Part shown: piece after piece, positions 19,151 to 28,853 of the stretch
Layout: each line of letters begins with the position of its first letter
Position numbering within the stretch: the stretch's first letter is position 1
Made by a program: the position numbers and the translations under genes
From: a virus
Strand: one strand, 5' to 3'
Virus record (IMG/VR): IMGVR_UViG_3300035670_013167
Coordinates: 1-64,000 of that record
DNA length: 64,000 nt
Notes under the pieces: model-generated
Database searches by the model: none
Seen by the model: the letters and a program-made list of their open reading frames with translations, nothing else
What the model was told of the DNA's origin: nothing

Positions 19151-19959
19151 ATTAGACGTAAATCATTCGAACAATTGTCTAAAAAACTTTTTGTAACTTT
19201 TTTAAAGTTTATAATATTTTTATTTTTATTAGGGATTGACAAAATACTCTTAAATGGCAAAGATTCTCCGAAAGAAAATTCTCTAAGATTGTTATGAATT
19301 CTTTTGTTAAAATAAGGAAGACAACCATTGCAATAATGGATAAAATTAGAACTTTTATCTTCCATTAAAGAAGATTCTAAATCAACACGCACATCACTTT
19401 CTAAATTTTTTGATAAAACATAGGCAAATGCAACCATTTCTATTTGCCAACGAGCAGCACCTTTCATCAGATAATAAAAAATGTCGAACATCTTGATTAA
19501 AATATTATGAATGTCTAGTAGCAAATTGTTATCGAAATTATTAAAATAATAAACTCCACCACAAGGTTTCCATTGACTTTCTTCTATATCAAAATTATAT
19601 CCGCATTTTTTTAAATTTTTATACTCTGAAAAAGACCAGTATTGTGAATATGAACAACTTGAATAATCGAGCGGACTGACCATGATCATATCTGGGTCGA
19701 TTACAGCAAATGGCTGCTTTATTATATTATTTTTAAGAGCAGTCCATAAAGAAAATGTTTTATTAAAAGGAAGATAATTTTTTTTTCTTCCATAATTTTC
19801 ATGATAAAAAACATTCCGAAATCTTAGTTTTTTCTTTTCGAAATTAGCACAACCTATAACCAAATTATTTTCTAATCCAAAAAGCCTCATGCTTTCATGC
19901 AAAAGTTCTATTTGCCATCTAAAAAATTGACAATTTTCTATACTAACGAAGTATTGCAT
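19147..19959 (-). CDS. Peptidyl-Ser/Hyp O-glycosyltransferase-like protein (plant SERGT1/HPAT, GT96/GT95-like)
   Basis: SIENCQFFRWQ, YLPFNK, AVIDPDMI (DxD), GGVY, WQIEMVAFA, FIHYC occur in the same order as the plant SERGT1/HPAT motifs. Confidence 0.65.
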   Translation of the reverse strand: MQYFVSIENCQFFRWQIELLHESMRLFGLENNLVIGCANFEKKKLRFRNVFYHENYGRKKNYLPFNKTFSLWTALKNNIIKQPFAVIDPDMIMVSPLDYSSCSYSQYWSFSEYKNLKKCGYNFDIEESQWKPCGGVYYFNNFDNNLLLDIHNILIKMFDIFYYLMKGAARWQIEMVAFAYVLSKNLESDVRVDLESSLMEDKSSNFIHYCNGCLPYFNKRIHNNLREFSFGESLPFKSILSIPNKNKNIINFKKVTKSFLDNCSNDLRLI

Positions 19960-20579
19960 ACTTTATATTTTTTAAATACTTCTTTATATTTTTTATGGAG
20001 AGCTTTTTTGTTGGTCACATCTTTAGTTAAAAAATAACTAATCTCCGTTGCCATGTACGCCTGAATCTCGTCATTCAAAACAGAAGAGCAATAACCTTTT
20101 GATTTTAGGTTATTTTTTAATTTATTGTAATTTGCTTTTGATATGCTTTTGGTTATTAAATCCATTTCTTTTTTATATTTTTGATCGGAGTAGTACAATC
20201 CGTGACAAAGCTCATGGTAAAAAGTTGGAGTATTTAATTTAGTAACACCTATTATGTAAGATTTTTTTATTTTTATTTTTTTTAATATTTCAATAAAAAT
20301 ATCATCATAAGGAGTTTCTCTTTTATTTATTTTATAACAACTCTTAGCAACTTCGGTTGGCAAATTAAAACCAGACCAATCCTTTGCATAAGAAAAACAA
20401 CCAGAATTAGTTTCTGAGTACCACTTGTGATAATCCCAGATTGAAAATTTGCTTTTATTAAATTTTTTGTTTGGACTTTCGTAAAATTCTTGAACTCTAC
20501 AAAAAAGCATTCCCAAGTCATATTGGCTCGAAACAACAACCGTAAATATTTTTTCAGCAATTTGCTTTATGCTATACAT
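19938..20579 (-). CDS. HEXXH-containing phage protein
   Basis: FCRVQEFYESP, FYHELCHGLY, DEIQAYM. Confidence 0.7.
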   Translation of the reverse strand: MYSIKQIAEKIFTVVVSSQYDLGMLFCRVQEFYESPNKKFNKSKFSIWDYHKWYSETNSGCFSYAKDWSGFNLPTEVAKSCYKINKRETPYDDIFIEILKKIKIKKSYIIGVTKLNTPTFYHELCHGLYYSDQKYKKEMDLITKSISKANYNKLKNNLKSKGYCSSVLNDEIQAYMATEISYFLTKDVTNKKALHKKYKEVFKKYKVCNTSLV

Positions 20580-21039
20580 ATGGACAATTTTTATCTAGTT
20601 CGTGTCTGATTTCATCAACTTCATAACATTTTCCAAATCCTCCATATAAAACATTAGGAGCATTGAAAACCAGACCAGGAAAATCAGATACGTTTTTATA
20701 AGCATGAATAACACCAGGAGGAACAATGACCGCGACCGGATTGTTTTTTCCTACCAAGTGAGTTTCTTTGTGAATATTGTCATTCGTATTTTTCCACAAA
20801 TATAATTCAAAATTAGCAGGTCCAACAAAACAAAAATAATCAGACTGAGTTCTGTGCTCGTGCGGGCCTCTCATCACGCCAGGCTTAGTTTCGCTAAAAT
20901 AGGCCATAACAGGTCTATGATCCGGCTCCAAGCAGTCGTTTCTAAATAGCTCTATTAAAGAACCTCGGTCATCGCTAAAAATTTCCAAATCAAAAAAAAC
21001 AACTCCCTCAATTGCCGTCTTTTGTTTTGACTTTTTCAT
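20572..21039 (-). CDS. rfbC: dTDP-4-dehydrorhamnose 3,5-epimerase-like cupin
   Basis: FSDDRGSLIELF, S.TKPGVMRGPHEH, VIVPPGVIHAY. Confidence 0.85.
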   Translation of the reverse strand: MKKSKQKTAIEGVVFFDLEIFSDDRGSLIELFRNDCLEPDHRPVMAYFSETKPGVMRGPHEHRTQSDYFCFVGPANFELYLWKNTNDNIHKETHLVGKNNPVAVIVPPGVIHAYKNVSDFPGLVFNAPNVLYGGFGKCYEVDEIRHELDKNCPYV

Positions 21040-21767
21040 AATGATTGGCCCTGTTTTTCTCTAACAATCTGCGGTATTGTCACCATGGCTTTTTCTATGA
21101 TTCTCTCATAATCATTAATATCTAAAGAAAATATCCGGTAGTGGTGAGCGATTATATTTTTCATAATCTGAGGCTTGAATCCTTTAGATTGAGCCTCAAC
21201 AGTAAAAATAAAAGGAGCGCCCACTTGTGGCAATCTTTCTTCAAAAGGACCTACCTTATCCCAGCAATCGCGAGTAACAAGCATACACCATTCTTGAATA
21301 AAATCCACCTTTTGATTTTGAAGATAATAAGACTGAAGCTCCAAACCTACTAAACCTGAATTAGACGATTCAGAAACATTAATTAATAAATCTATCCAAG
21401 CTGGGTTGGTTATCACAACATCAGAATGTAAAAAAATTAAATATTTCGAATCTTTATCTGCTTTTTCTACGCCTTTGTTTGCAGCCCCGCTCCAATATAA
21501 ATTTTCTTTATTTTTTACAACAACAACTTCGTCTTTTATGTCTTCTAAAAAATCTTGAGTATCTTGACCAGAATTGTTGTCAGAAACAATAACTTCATAA
21601 TTATTATTTACACTAGTAACCGCTATTGATTGAAGACAAATATTTAAGTACTCAGGGCGGTCTTTGTGAACGACAATTATCGAAACTTGTTCTTCGCTAT
21701 TATTTTGAAGACTCAAATTTAATTCAGGTCTTTCACCTTCTAAGGGATTATGTGGAGGGGTTATCAT
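21036..21767 (-). CDS. GT2-family glycosyltransferase
   Basis: VSIIVVH, LNICLQSI, YEVIVSDNNS, ANKG, LIFLHSDV. Confidence 0.85.
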   Translation of the reverse strand: MITPPHNPLEGERPELNLSLQNNSEEQVSIIVVHKDRPEYLNICLQSIAVTSVNNNYEVIVSDNNSGQDTQDFLEDIKDEVVVVKNKENLYWSGAANKGVEKADKDSKYLIFLHSDVVITNPAWIDLLINVSESSNSGLVGLELQSYYLQNQKVDFIQEWCMLVTRDCWDKVGPFEERLPQVGAPFIFTVEAQSKGFKPQIMKNIIAHHYRIFSLDINDYERIIEKAMVTIPQIVREKQGQSL

Positions 21768-21909
21768 TTTCTTTTTCTTCTTCCTTTATGGTAAAAACAA
21801 AATCCGGCACAGGAGGAGCCAAAGGCCCTAGTTCTATTGTAGCTCCATTTTCTAAATTTATAACTACATTATCACATTCTTTTTCATTATTGTCAATTTT
21901 ATCATTCAT
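21748..21909 (-). CDS. Small acidic hypothetical protein (53 aa, not in ORF track)
   Basis: MNDKIDNNEKECDNVVINLENG...; GGAGG SD; fills the gap between two genes. Confidence 0.55.
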   Translation of the reverse strand: MNDKIDNNEKECDNVVINLENGATIELGPLAPPVPDFVFTIKEEEKENDNPST

Positions 21910-22159
21910 CATTTTCCTCCAATTCTAATTCAAATACTCCAACTTCACATTGACAAGTTGCTTCGCCTTGAGCAGTAGAAATTAATTGAGGTTTCCACTT
22001 GCCTTCAGAAGTAACATAATTGTTTTTTAATGTTTTCAACAAGCTGTCTGCTTTTTGAGCAGATTCAAATGCTTTTTCAGTTTTGATAAAAACATACTCA
22101 CCATCAATCTGTCTTGCAACTGTTATTACTGCGTATAATTTTTTCATATTTCTGTCCAT
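21902..22159 (-). CDS. Hypothetical protein
   Basis: 85-aa ORF in operon. Confidence 0.7.
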   Translation of the reverse strand: MDRNMKKLYAVITVARQIDGEYVFIKTEKAFESAQKADSLLKTLKNNYVTSEGKWKPQLISTAQGEATCQCEVGVFELELEENDE

Positions 22160-22608
22160 TCAAAATAATATACAGGATCTATCCAAATCAAGCCTATTTT
22201 TTGTTTGTGTTCAACTGTTACGGCATCGCCTAAATTAAGCACTCCTAAATTTATTCTAAATTGCTCATTATGAGTTTGATCAGGAGTACTAGTTAATATA
22301 AGTCCTTTGTTTGAAAAAACACTATCTAAAGAAAAAGAAACCTTATAACCAATTGGAGTTTTTATTGAAAATCCGCAATCAATCAAAACATAATCAGATT
22401 TACTTATTTTTAATAATTTATTAGGAATATTTGCGTAAATACTTGCTGAATTTGAATCAATATAAGCTGGAACAAAGTCATCTTCGTCCGAACTAATTTC
22501 AACGTTTATTTTTTCTATTTGAGGCTTATAATAATTATCCGCTGGGCAATTTGGCAATTTTGAATTTACAAAAATTTTTTTATTTTCTTTCCAATAATTA
22601 TTTTGCAT
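22144..22608 (-). CDS. Degenerate trimeric dUTPase-like protein
   Basis: LIDCGFSIKTPIGY, S....KGL, V.HKQKIG echo the dUTPase fold, but catalytic motifs are eroded. Confidence 0.55.
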   Translation of the reverse strand: MQNNYWKENKKIFVNSKLPNCPADNYYKPQIEKINVEISSDEDDFVPAYIDSNSASIYANIPNKLLKISKSDYVLIDCGFSIKTPIGYKVSFSLDSVFSNKGLILTSTPDQTHNEQFRINLGVLNLGDAVTVEHKQKIGLIWIDPVYYFEWTEI

Positions 22609-22867
22609 TTTTAGTAACTTTATTCAAGTAAATATTGAAATTTTTTCTAAAATTTGGCAAAGATCCATGAGGAGTGTTTTTTGCCAAATTTATCATTTTC
22701 TTTTCTGATTCCTCTGTTAATTTTTTATTTTTAATAAAATTTATTATATCTTCTAAATTAGGAGAATCATGCCTATAAAATCCTGTTTTATCCGTTATTT
22801 TTTTAGATCCTGATTTTTCTTCTCCGTTAATGTTTACGGAGAAATTAAAACTTTCTGCTTCTCTCAT
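22598..22867 (-). CDS. Hypothetical protein
   Basis: 89-aa ORF with overlapping start/stop. Confidence 0.7.
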   Translation of the reverse strand: MREAESFNFSVNINGEEKSGSKKITDKTGFYRHDSPNLEDIINFIKNKKLTEESEKKMINLAKNTPHGSLPNFRKNFNIYLNKVTKNAK

Positions 22868-23148
22868 GTTTCTCTTCTAAATATATGTTTTGAATTTTGT
22901 TCAGAAAGATCTTTTTCAGTTCTCATAACTTCAAAAATTTCTTCTAAAGGCAACTCTGGGTTCATTGTTTTCTGCTGTTCTTGCACGTCCTCAAAACATT
23001 CTTCGGAAGTTTCGCTGTCTATTTGACTTAAGAATAATTTTGAGTCTTTAATTAGTATTTCATAAACTTTCATATCATTAAAATCCATAAATACTAATTG
23101 ATTTTTTTCTTTAATAATCATCGGAGTCAATAAATTCATTTTATTCAA
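22864..23148 (-). CDS. Hypothetical protein
   Basis: 94-aa ORF. Confidence 0.65.
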   Translation of the reverse strand: MNKMNLLTPMIIKEKNQLVFMDFNDMKVYEILIKDSKLFLSQIDSETSEECFEDVQEQQKTMNPELPLEEIFEVMRTEKDLSEQNSKHIFRRET

Positions 23149-23171
23149 ATTACCTCATACATAGTATAGTA

Positions 23172-23549
23172 ATGAATTTTAAACAATACATAAAAATACT
23201 AGAACAAAACACAGTCGGAAAACACAACGATTTTGCAACAAGTTCTTTTTTACAAAGTAGCTGGACGGGTTCTGAATCCGCCCCAGATTTACGCTTGCCT
23301 TTTTTACCCAGCCTTGATCTAGAAATACCTCAAGTGACCAGATCTTCTATTGTTTCTAATATTATATTAAATAAAAATCCAATAATAATAGAGCTACAAG
23401 ACGGAACAAGATTATTTCTTTCCTTAGATGAATATAATAGAATTCAAAACAAACCAGCAATAGGAAAAAATATTACAGTTGTTTTCCAAAGAAACGAAAC
23501 AGATAAATCAGAAAATTCTTCTAAAATTATTAAGATAGAGGTCAATTAG
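23172..23549 (+). CDS. Hypothetical protein with capsid-targeting-like N-terminus (MNFKQYIKILE)
   Basis: 125-aa ORF on the opposite strand to the array. Confidence 0.75.
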   Translation: MNFKQYIKILEQNTVGKHNDFATSSFLQSSWTGSESAPDLRLPFLPSLDLEIPQVTRSSIVSNIILNKNPIIIELQDGTRLFLSLDEYNRIQNKPAIGKNITVVFQRNETDKSENSSKIIKIEVN

Positions 23550-23766
23550 ATTCTATTTGAGTTTCTGAAACTTCAGGCCTGAATAGATTAGGGTTTATTT
23601 TATCCGGATCGTATGCTGGATCGTATGGTCCCGGAGTGTACTCTCTTTTGAGTTCTTGAATAACGTTTCTTGTTATTCTTGGAACAAAAAATAAATTTAA
23701 AAATAAAATCAAAAATAAAAACGCAGACAAACCAACAACTCCAATTAATAAACTTCTATTTTCCAT
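23542..23766 (-). CDS. Small membrane-anchored protein
   Basis: N-terminal TM helix; GGGAG SD. Confidence 0.7.
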   Translation of the reverse strand: MENRSLLIGVVGLSAFLFLILFLNLFFVPRITRNVIQELKREYTPGPYDPAYDPDKINPNLFRPEVSETQIESN

Positions 23767-23783
23767 TTAGTTTCTCCCATTTA

Positions 23784-24752
23784 TTATATATTATAGTCAA
23801 TTGAATTAAGTTTTTCTATTGTTTTTTTATATTCTTGTGTTATTTTATTTGGAAGCCTTAACTGAACTGTTAGTTCTAAATTACCTCGTATATCTTGATT
23901 TTCTAAAAATGGCATACCAAAATTTTTTATTATAATTTTAGAGCCTGTTTTTGTTCTCGGCTTTACCTTAACTTTTATTTTTTCTCCAAACAAATCTAAA
24001 TCCAACAATCCACCTAAAACAAGATAGTAAAAAGGAACTTCAAAATCACACAATAAGTCATTTCCTTTTCTTTCCCAAACAGAATGTTTATTTATATTAA
24101 TTGCAACATACAAATCTCCTCCGCCAGATCCTTGATTTGCCAATCTAATTTGAGTTCCGTCAGAAATTCCAGCAGGAACATCCACTTTTATCTTGCTTTT
24201 TTCCTTCACGACAAATCCATTTCCTTTACAAAATTCACATTTGTCGCGAATTATATTTCCCTTGCCTTCGCAAAAAGAACAAGAAGAATTATATAAAATA
24301 GAATCTGTTTTTTGAATGAATCCTTTGCCTTCGCATTTTTTACAAGAAACCCAAGAAGAACCGCCTGTTCCTTCGCAATTCTTACAAAATTCATGCTTAT
24401 CAATTTCTATTTCTTTTACACATCCTCTGTAAGATTCTTCTAGATTTATTCTTAGACGAACTCTTGAAGAATTATTATTCTTTTTTTGATCTCCAAAAAT
24501 ATCATTAAAAATATTATGAAAAACATCATCAACAGAATTTTTTTTACCAAAACTAAAAAAAGACTTTGAATTATTAATAATTATTTTATCGTAAGCTTCT
24601 TGTATCTTTTTAAATTTTTCTGTAGATTCTTTTTCTTGATTAATATTTTTATCTGGATGATATTTTAGAGCCAGAGACCTATAGGCTTTATCTATTTCCT
24701 CTTGAGAAGAATTTATACTTACGCCTAGTATCTCGTAATAATTTTGCATCAA
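23784..24752 (-). CDS. dnaJ: DnaJ-like co-chaperone
   Basis: J domain with HPD, four CxxCxGxG repeats, C-terminal domain. Confidence 0.93.
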   Translation of the reverse strand: MMQNYYEILGVSINSSQEEIDKAYRSLALKYHPDKNINQEKESTEKFKKIQEAYDKIIINNSKSFFSFGKKNSVDDVFHNIFNDIFGDQKKNNNSSRVRLRINLEESYRGCVKEIEIDKHEFCKNCEGTGGSSWVSCKKCEGKGFIQKTDSILYNSSCSFCEGKGNIIRDKCEFCKGNGFVVKEKSKIKVDVPAGISDGTQIRLANQGSGGGDLYVAININKHSVWERKGNDLLCDFEVPFYYLVLGGLLDLDLFGEKIKVKVKPRTKTGSKIIIKNFGMPFLENQDIRGNLELTVQLRLPNKITQEYKKTIEKLNSIDYNI

Positions 24753-24755
24753 GCA

Positions 24756-25118
24756 TCAATCTTCTTTAAGAATGGCCTTAATTTGATTTGGCTCAACTAA
24801 AATCCAAGGACGATGAGAATTTGGACGTTCTACATTTTCAGAAATGGGAGTATAACTGCCGTGAAGAGTTACTCTGTCTCCGACATTAAATCCCCAATCA
24901 TCCAATACTCTTGGCCCCTTTTTTCTAACATAGCCCTGTGGAGCACCTGTTATTGAGGCGTCCGATTCTATTTGGAGAATAGTTCCCAAAGCTTCTTGAG
25001 CAGTTAGAAGTTCAACTAAAACTTGCGAACCACAAGGAACTACATCTTTTATAGAGGGTACGTTTGCACAAGAAACCTTTTGACCATCAACACCTAAAAT
25101 TTCATTTTTCTTAGCCAT
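24756..25118 (-). CDS. GroES-like co-chaperonin
   Basis: VVPCGSQVLVE, QGYV...GP, FNVGDRV, ILVE..QIKAIL. Confidence 0.65.
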   Translation of the reverse strand: MAKKNEILGVDGQKVSCANVPSIKDVVPCGSQVLVELLTAQEALGTILQIESDASITGAPQGYVRKKGPRVLDDWGFNVGDRVTLHGSYTPISENVERPNSHRPWILVEPNQIKAILKED

Positions 25119-25158
25119 TTATTCTCCTTTTCAGATAATATAGTATAGTTTTATTTTT

Positions 25159-25443
25159 TCAATAATTAAAAGAAAAAAATGTTTGTTGTTCTGTACTTAT
25201 AGTGTTCATAGAAACAATTTCGTTCGACGCTATAATTTCTGTCGTGCTATAACTTGCCGGACTAGTATTCAGTGAAATATCGCTAAATTCTAAAGATTGT
25301 TTTGAAGATAAATAATTATTAATTAAAGAATTAACATAATCATCTCTCAGCTCAAGATATCCATTATAACCTTCTTCATAAGACTTACAAAGAAGTTCAA
25401 ACAATTGATTTTTATTTATTATCAGGTTTTCCATTTTCATCAC
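25159..25443 (-). CDS. Hypothetical protein
   Basis: 94-aa ORF. Confidence 0.6.
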   Translation of the reverse strand: MMKMENLIINKNQLFELLCKSYEEGYNGYLELRDDYVNSLINNYLSSKQSLEFSDISLNTSPASYSTTEIIASNEIVSMNTISTEQQTFFSFNY

Positions 25444-25549
25444 TTTCTATTTTTTCTTCTTCTTTTTTTACACATCCACACCAAAAACATTTAGATTCGT
25501 ACTCATCAACAACTTTGCCACAATTATAACAAAAAACGTAGTAAACCAT
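25412..25549 (-). CDS. Small zinc-ribbon protein (45 aa, not in ORF track)
   Basis: MVYYVFCYNCGKVVDEYESKCFWCG; TAATG coupling to the aldehyde dehydrogenase stop. Confidence 0.55.
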   Translation of the reverse strand: MVYYVFCYNCGKVVDEYESKCFWCGCVKKEEEKIESDENGKPDNK

Positions 25550-27021
25550 TACTTAAGTCCTTGTGGAAAATTCAAACTTTCTGCGTGGTTGATCGAAACA
25601 GAAACTTTGTGAACTATAGTATCGAACATTCCAGCAGCAGAGGGCCAGCCATTACCAGAAGCTTTAACACCTCCAAAAAAGAAGTGAGACTCCGCTCCTA
25701 TAGATCCTAAATTAAAGTACATCATTCCGGCATCACATTCATTTCTAATTTTTCTCATTTTTCTAAAATCATTAGTTATTGCCCCTAAAGACAATCCAAA
25801 TTTAGTATCGTTATAAATGTTTATTGCATCATCTATTGTATCAAAAGGAACAATTGCAACATGGGGGCCAAAAACCTCCTCTTTCAAAAAAGATTTATCA
25901 GACCATTCACATTCATAAACAAAAGGACCAACAAAATAACCCTTGTTTCCAAAATCAAAGAACAAAGAGTCAAATAATACTTTAGCAATAGAATCTTGTC
26001 TTACCAAGCTATTGTAGTTTTCTATTTTTTCTTTTTGTTCTTTGCTAATAACTGGTCCGAAAGAAACAGACGCACCAACCGGTATTGTTTCATCGGGAGA
26101 ACCAACATGAATTTTTCTAACCTGATCTAAAAAATTATCTTTAAATTTTTCTAAAATTGATCTTTGAACAAGCAACCTGCCTGAAGAAACACATCTTTGA
26201 CCACTCAACTTAAAGGCACTATTAATACACGCAGAAACAGCCAAATCTAAATCGCAATCATCAAAAACCATTACTGCCGACTTACTTCCCATTTCACAAT
26301 TGCAAGTTTTATGCCAACTATTAGCACAGGCAGCCCTAATTGATCTGCCGACTTCAGCACTTCCTGTAAAAGCGACGTGATCAACAATATCACTATTTAC
26401 TATCATTTCTCCAACTTGACCATCACCGTGAACAAGATTAAAAACTCCGGCAGGAAATCCTGCTTCGTGGTAAAGTTCCGCTGTTATTTGCCCCACCAAA
26501 GGAGATAACTCGGAGGGTTTTAAAACAACAGTGTTTCCCTCTAAAATAGAAGGGCCGGCATTCCAACAACCTCCAACAGCAAAAGGAAAATTCCAAGGAG
26601 CAATAACAGCAACAACCCCTTTGGGTTTGCGAATAATGTATCCATCTCTTTCAGGAATTTCTGAGGAGATGATGTCGCCATTATTTTCTCTACCCTTTCC
26701 AAAGCAATATTGAATCATGTGCAATGATTCTACCACTTCGGCCTTACTTTCATTCAAAGATTTTCCAGTTTCTATCGAAATTGCATTAGAAATATAATCT
26801 ATTTTAGATTCTATTATTTTTGATAATTTCCAAAAATATTCGGCTCTTTGAACTCTACTAAAATTTCTCCAAGTGTAAAAAGATTTTTTAGCAGCAGACA
26901 AAGCATTTTCTATCTCAATTTGAGTTGATTGCGGAAAAGATCCAACAACTTGTTCGTTAGATGGATTGTAGCTGTTGAAATCTGCTCTTTTGTTGACAAA
27001 TTCACCATTTATATAATTCAT
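25549..27021 (-). CDS. NAD(P)-dependent aldehyde dehydrogenase
   Basis: IAPWNFP, KPSE, FTGSAEVG, EMGSK, SGQRCVS, EEVFGP. Confidence 0.95.
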   Translation of the reverse strand: MNYINGEFVNKRADFNSYNPSNEQVVGSFPQSTQIEIENALSAAKKSFYTWRNFSRVQRAEYFWKLSKIIESKIDYISNAISIETGKSLNESKAEVVESLHMIQYCFGKGRENNGDIISSEIPERDGYIIRKPKGVVAVIAPWNFPFAVGGCWNAGPSILEGNTVVLKPSELSPLVGQITAELYHEAGFPAGVFNLVHGDGQVGEMIVNSDIVDHVAFTGSAEVGRSIRAACANSWHKTCNCEMGSKSAVMVFDDCDLDLAVSACINSAFKLSGQRCVSSGRLLVQRSILEKFKDNFLDQVRKIHVGSPDETIPVGASVSFGPVISKEQKEKIENYNSLVRQDSIAKVLFDSLFFDFGNKGYFVGPFVYECEWSDKSFLKEEVFGPHVAIVPFDTIDDAINIYNDTKFGLSLGAITNDFRKMRKIRNECDAGMMYFNLGSIGAESHFFFGGVKASGNGWPSAAGMFDTIVHKVSVSINHAESLNFPQGLK

Positions 27022-27030
27022 GCCGCTTCC

Positions 27031-27375
27031 TTATTGAAAACTTTTACCACAACCGCAACTTTTTGTAGCATTTGGATTATTAAACTTAAATCCTCTTTGA
27101 CTCAAGTCATCAACCCACTCTAATGTAACGCCATTTAGAAACAATAAACTTTTTTTATCTACAACAAGACTTATATCTCCGTATTGTTGAACAACATCTG
27201 CTTTTTCGTCCACTTCCTCTTGCTCAACAAAACCCAAACCATACATAAACCCAGAACAGCCTCCACCCTGTACTGAAACCCGAACTAAATGATTAGTAAG
27301 TTCTGACTCTTCCATAGCTCTTTTTATTTCTTTTTGAGCGGTTTCTGTTACCATAAAATCTATATCAACTTTCAT
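27031..27375 (-). CDS. iscA: A-type Fe-S cluster carrier (IscA/HesB/ErpA family)
   Basis: GGGCSGFMY, FKFNNPNATKSCGCGKSF. Confidence 0.93.
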   Translation of the reverse strand: MKVDIDFMVTETAQKEIKRAMEESELTNHLVRVSVQGGGCSGFMYGLGFVEQEEVDEKADVVQQYGDISLVVDKKSLLFLNGVTLEWVDDLSQRGFKFNNPNATKSCGCGKSFQ

Positions 27376-27390
27376 AATTCACCTTTCTTT

Positions 27391-28323
27391 TTATATCCAA
27401 TAAGAAATAAAGTAACACTTTCCATCTTTTTCTCCAAGCAATATTGGAATTGCATTTTTTTCTTTTATGTCAATCAAATCTTGATTTATTTGTCGTGAAT
27501 TGAAAGAAGGAACTAACACCATATAGTGATCAAATAAAGGAGTTGATTCTAAATCAATAAACAACGACTTAATATAGTCAGTTTTTATATCTTCTAAATA
27601 ATGAATTGGATATATTTTTGGATTATAAATTTCATTATTTAAACAAATTAAGTATTTTTTTTTGTGAAATGAATTTTCTAGGTTCTTAACTACCAATTCA
27701 AATCTATTAATTTTAGCTAAAATTACAGAAGCATTTTTTATAGAAATTCTACGATATCCACAATATGAATCTTTTATTATATCTTTAACAACATCTATAG
27801 AATCTCTAATGTTTTTTGAAAGCTCATAACACCCAACGCTATCGTACCTGTCAGCTTTGCTTTCGGCATCAGCAATTATTTTTTCAAAAGATGTATCATT
27901 TTTTGAAAAAATAGAAAAGTCTTCAGGAAGATTATTCCATATTAATCTGGCTTTTTCATAAAAGCCAGATAGACTAACTTCACTTATTTTTTTGTTTTTT
28001 CTAATTTCTTTTCTAGTTTTTTCATCTTTGATTAATCTAACATATTTTTTATCTAAATTAATTAAATTATAATCAATACATTTGGTATAAAATTTATTAA
28101 TTCCGTCAACAGATAAATTTAAATTATTTTTTAGAGCATAATCAACAAGATTAAGAATCTGACACAACTTCTCAGAAAGGTCATCGTTAATGGGTATTTC
28201 ATAAATACCAAAATGATTAATATTTATAACTTTAGAAAATCTTAATAAACTTAGTCCAAACTCTCCAAGAGCACATTCTATGATTTTTTCTTCAAACCTT
28301 AGAATTTCAGAAAATATTTTCAT
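27391..28323 (-). CDS. Hypothetical protein
   Basis: 310-aa ORF with ATGA overlap. Confidence 0.7.
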   Translation of the reverse strand: MKIFSEILRFEEKIIECALGEFGLSLLRFSKVININHFGIYEIPINDDLSEKLCQILNLVDYALKNNLNLSVDGINKFYTKCIDYNLINLDKKYVRLIKDEKTRKEIRKNKKISEVSLSGFYEKARLIWNNLPEDFSIFSKNDTSFEKIIADAESKADRYDSVGCYELSKNIRDSIDVVKDIIKDSYCGYRRISIKNASVILAKINRFELVVKNLENSFHKKKYLICLNNEIYNPKIYPIHYLEDIKTDYIKSLFIDLESTPLFDHYMVLVPSFNSRQINQDLIDIKEKNAIPILLGEKDGKCYFISYWI

Positions 28324-28832
28324 TTTGTTGGTTCAACTAAACAAGACAAAAATTTACCGTCCATATTTGGCTTTTTTGAAACAGTTGCCTTTTCTTCTGG
28401 TATTTTGGACAAGAACTTATTTAAAACTGCGTAACCTAATTCTTTGTGATTGTTCTCTCTTCTTCTAAATTCTAGTCTAATTTGAACTTTATGTCCAGAA
28501 CTTAAAAACTTCAACATTTGATTGAACTTTGTTTCTAAATCGTGATCTTCAATTCCACAGGACAATCTTATCTCTTTAATTTGAAATTGTTTTTTTCGCT
28601 GTTTTTTTTCTCTTATTTCTTGCTCATACTTAAATTTACTAAAATCCATTATTTTACATACAGGAGGTCTAGAATTTGGAGAAACCTCAACTAAGTCCAA
28701 ATTTTTATTTAGTGCCATTTCCTTTGCCTTAAACAAAGGAATAGAACCTAAATTATCGCCTTTGTCATCTATCACAACAATAGGAGATATTCTTATTTTA
28801 TCATTTACTCTATAAAACTTTTCGCTTTTCAT
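28320..28832 (-). CDS. infC: Translation initiation factor IF-3
   Basis: RVNDKIR, LDLVEVSPNSRPPVCKIMDFSKFKYE, IKEIRL, IEDHDLETK. Confidence 0.95.
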   Translation of the reverse strand: MKSEKFYRVNDKIRISPIVVIDDKGDNLGSIPLFKAKEMALNKNLDLVEVSPNSRPPVCKIMDFSKFKYEQEIREKKQRKKQFQIKEIRLSCGIEDHDLETKFNQMLKFLSSGHKVQIRLEFRRRENNHKELGYAVLNKFLSKIPEEKATVSKKPNMDGKFLSCLVEPTK

Positions 28833-28853
28833 TTAAGACTCTTTAAAATTCCA

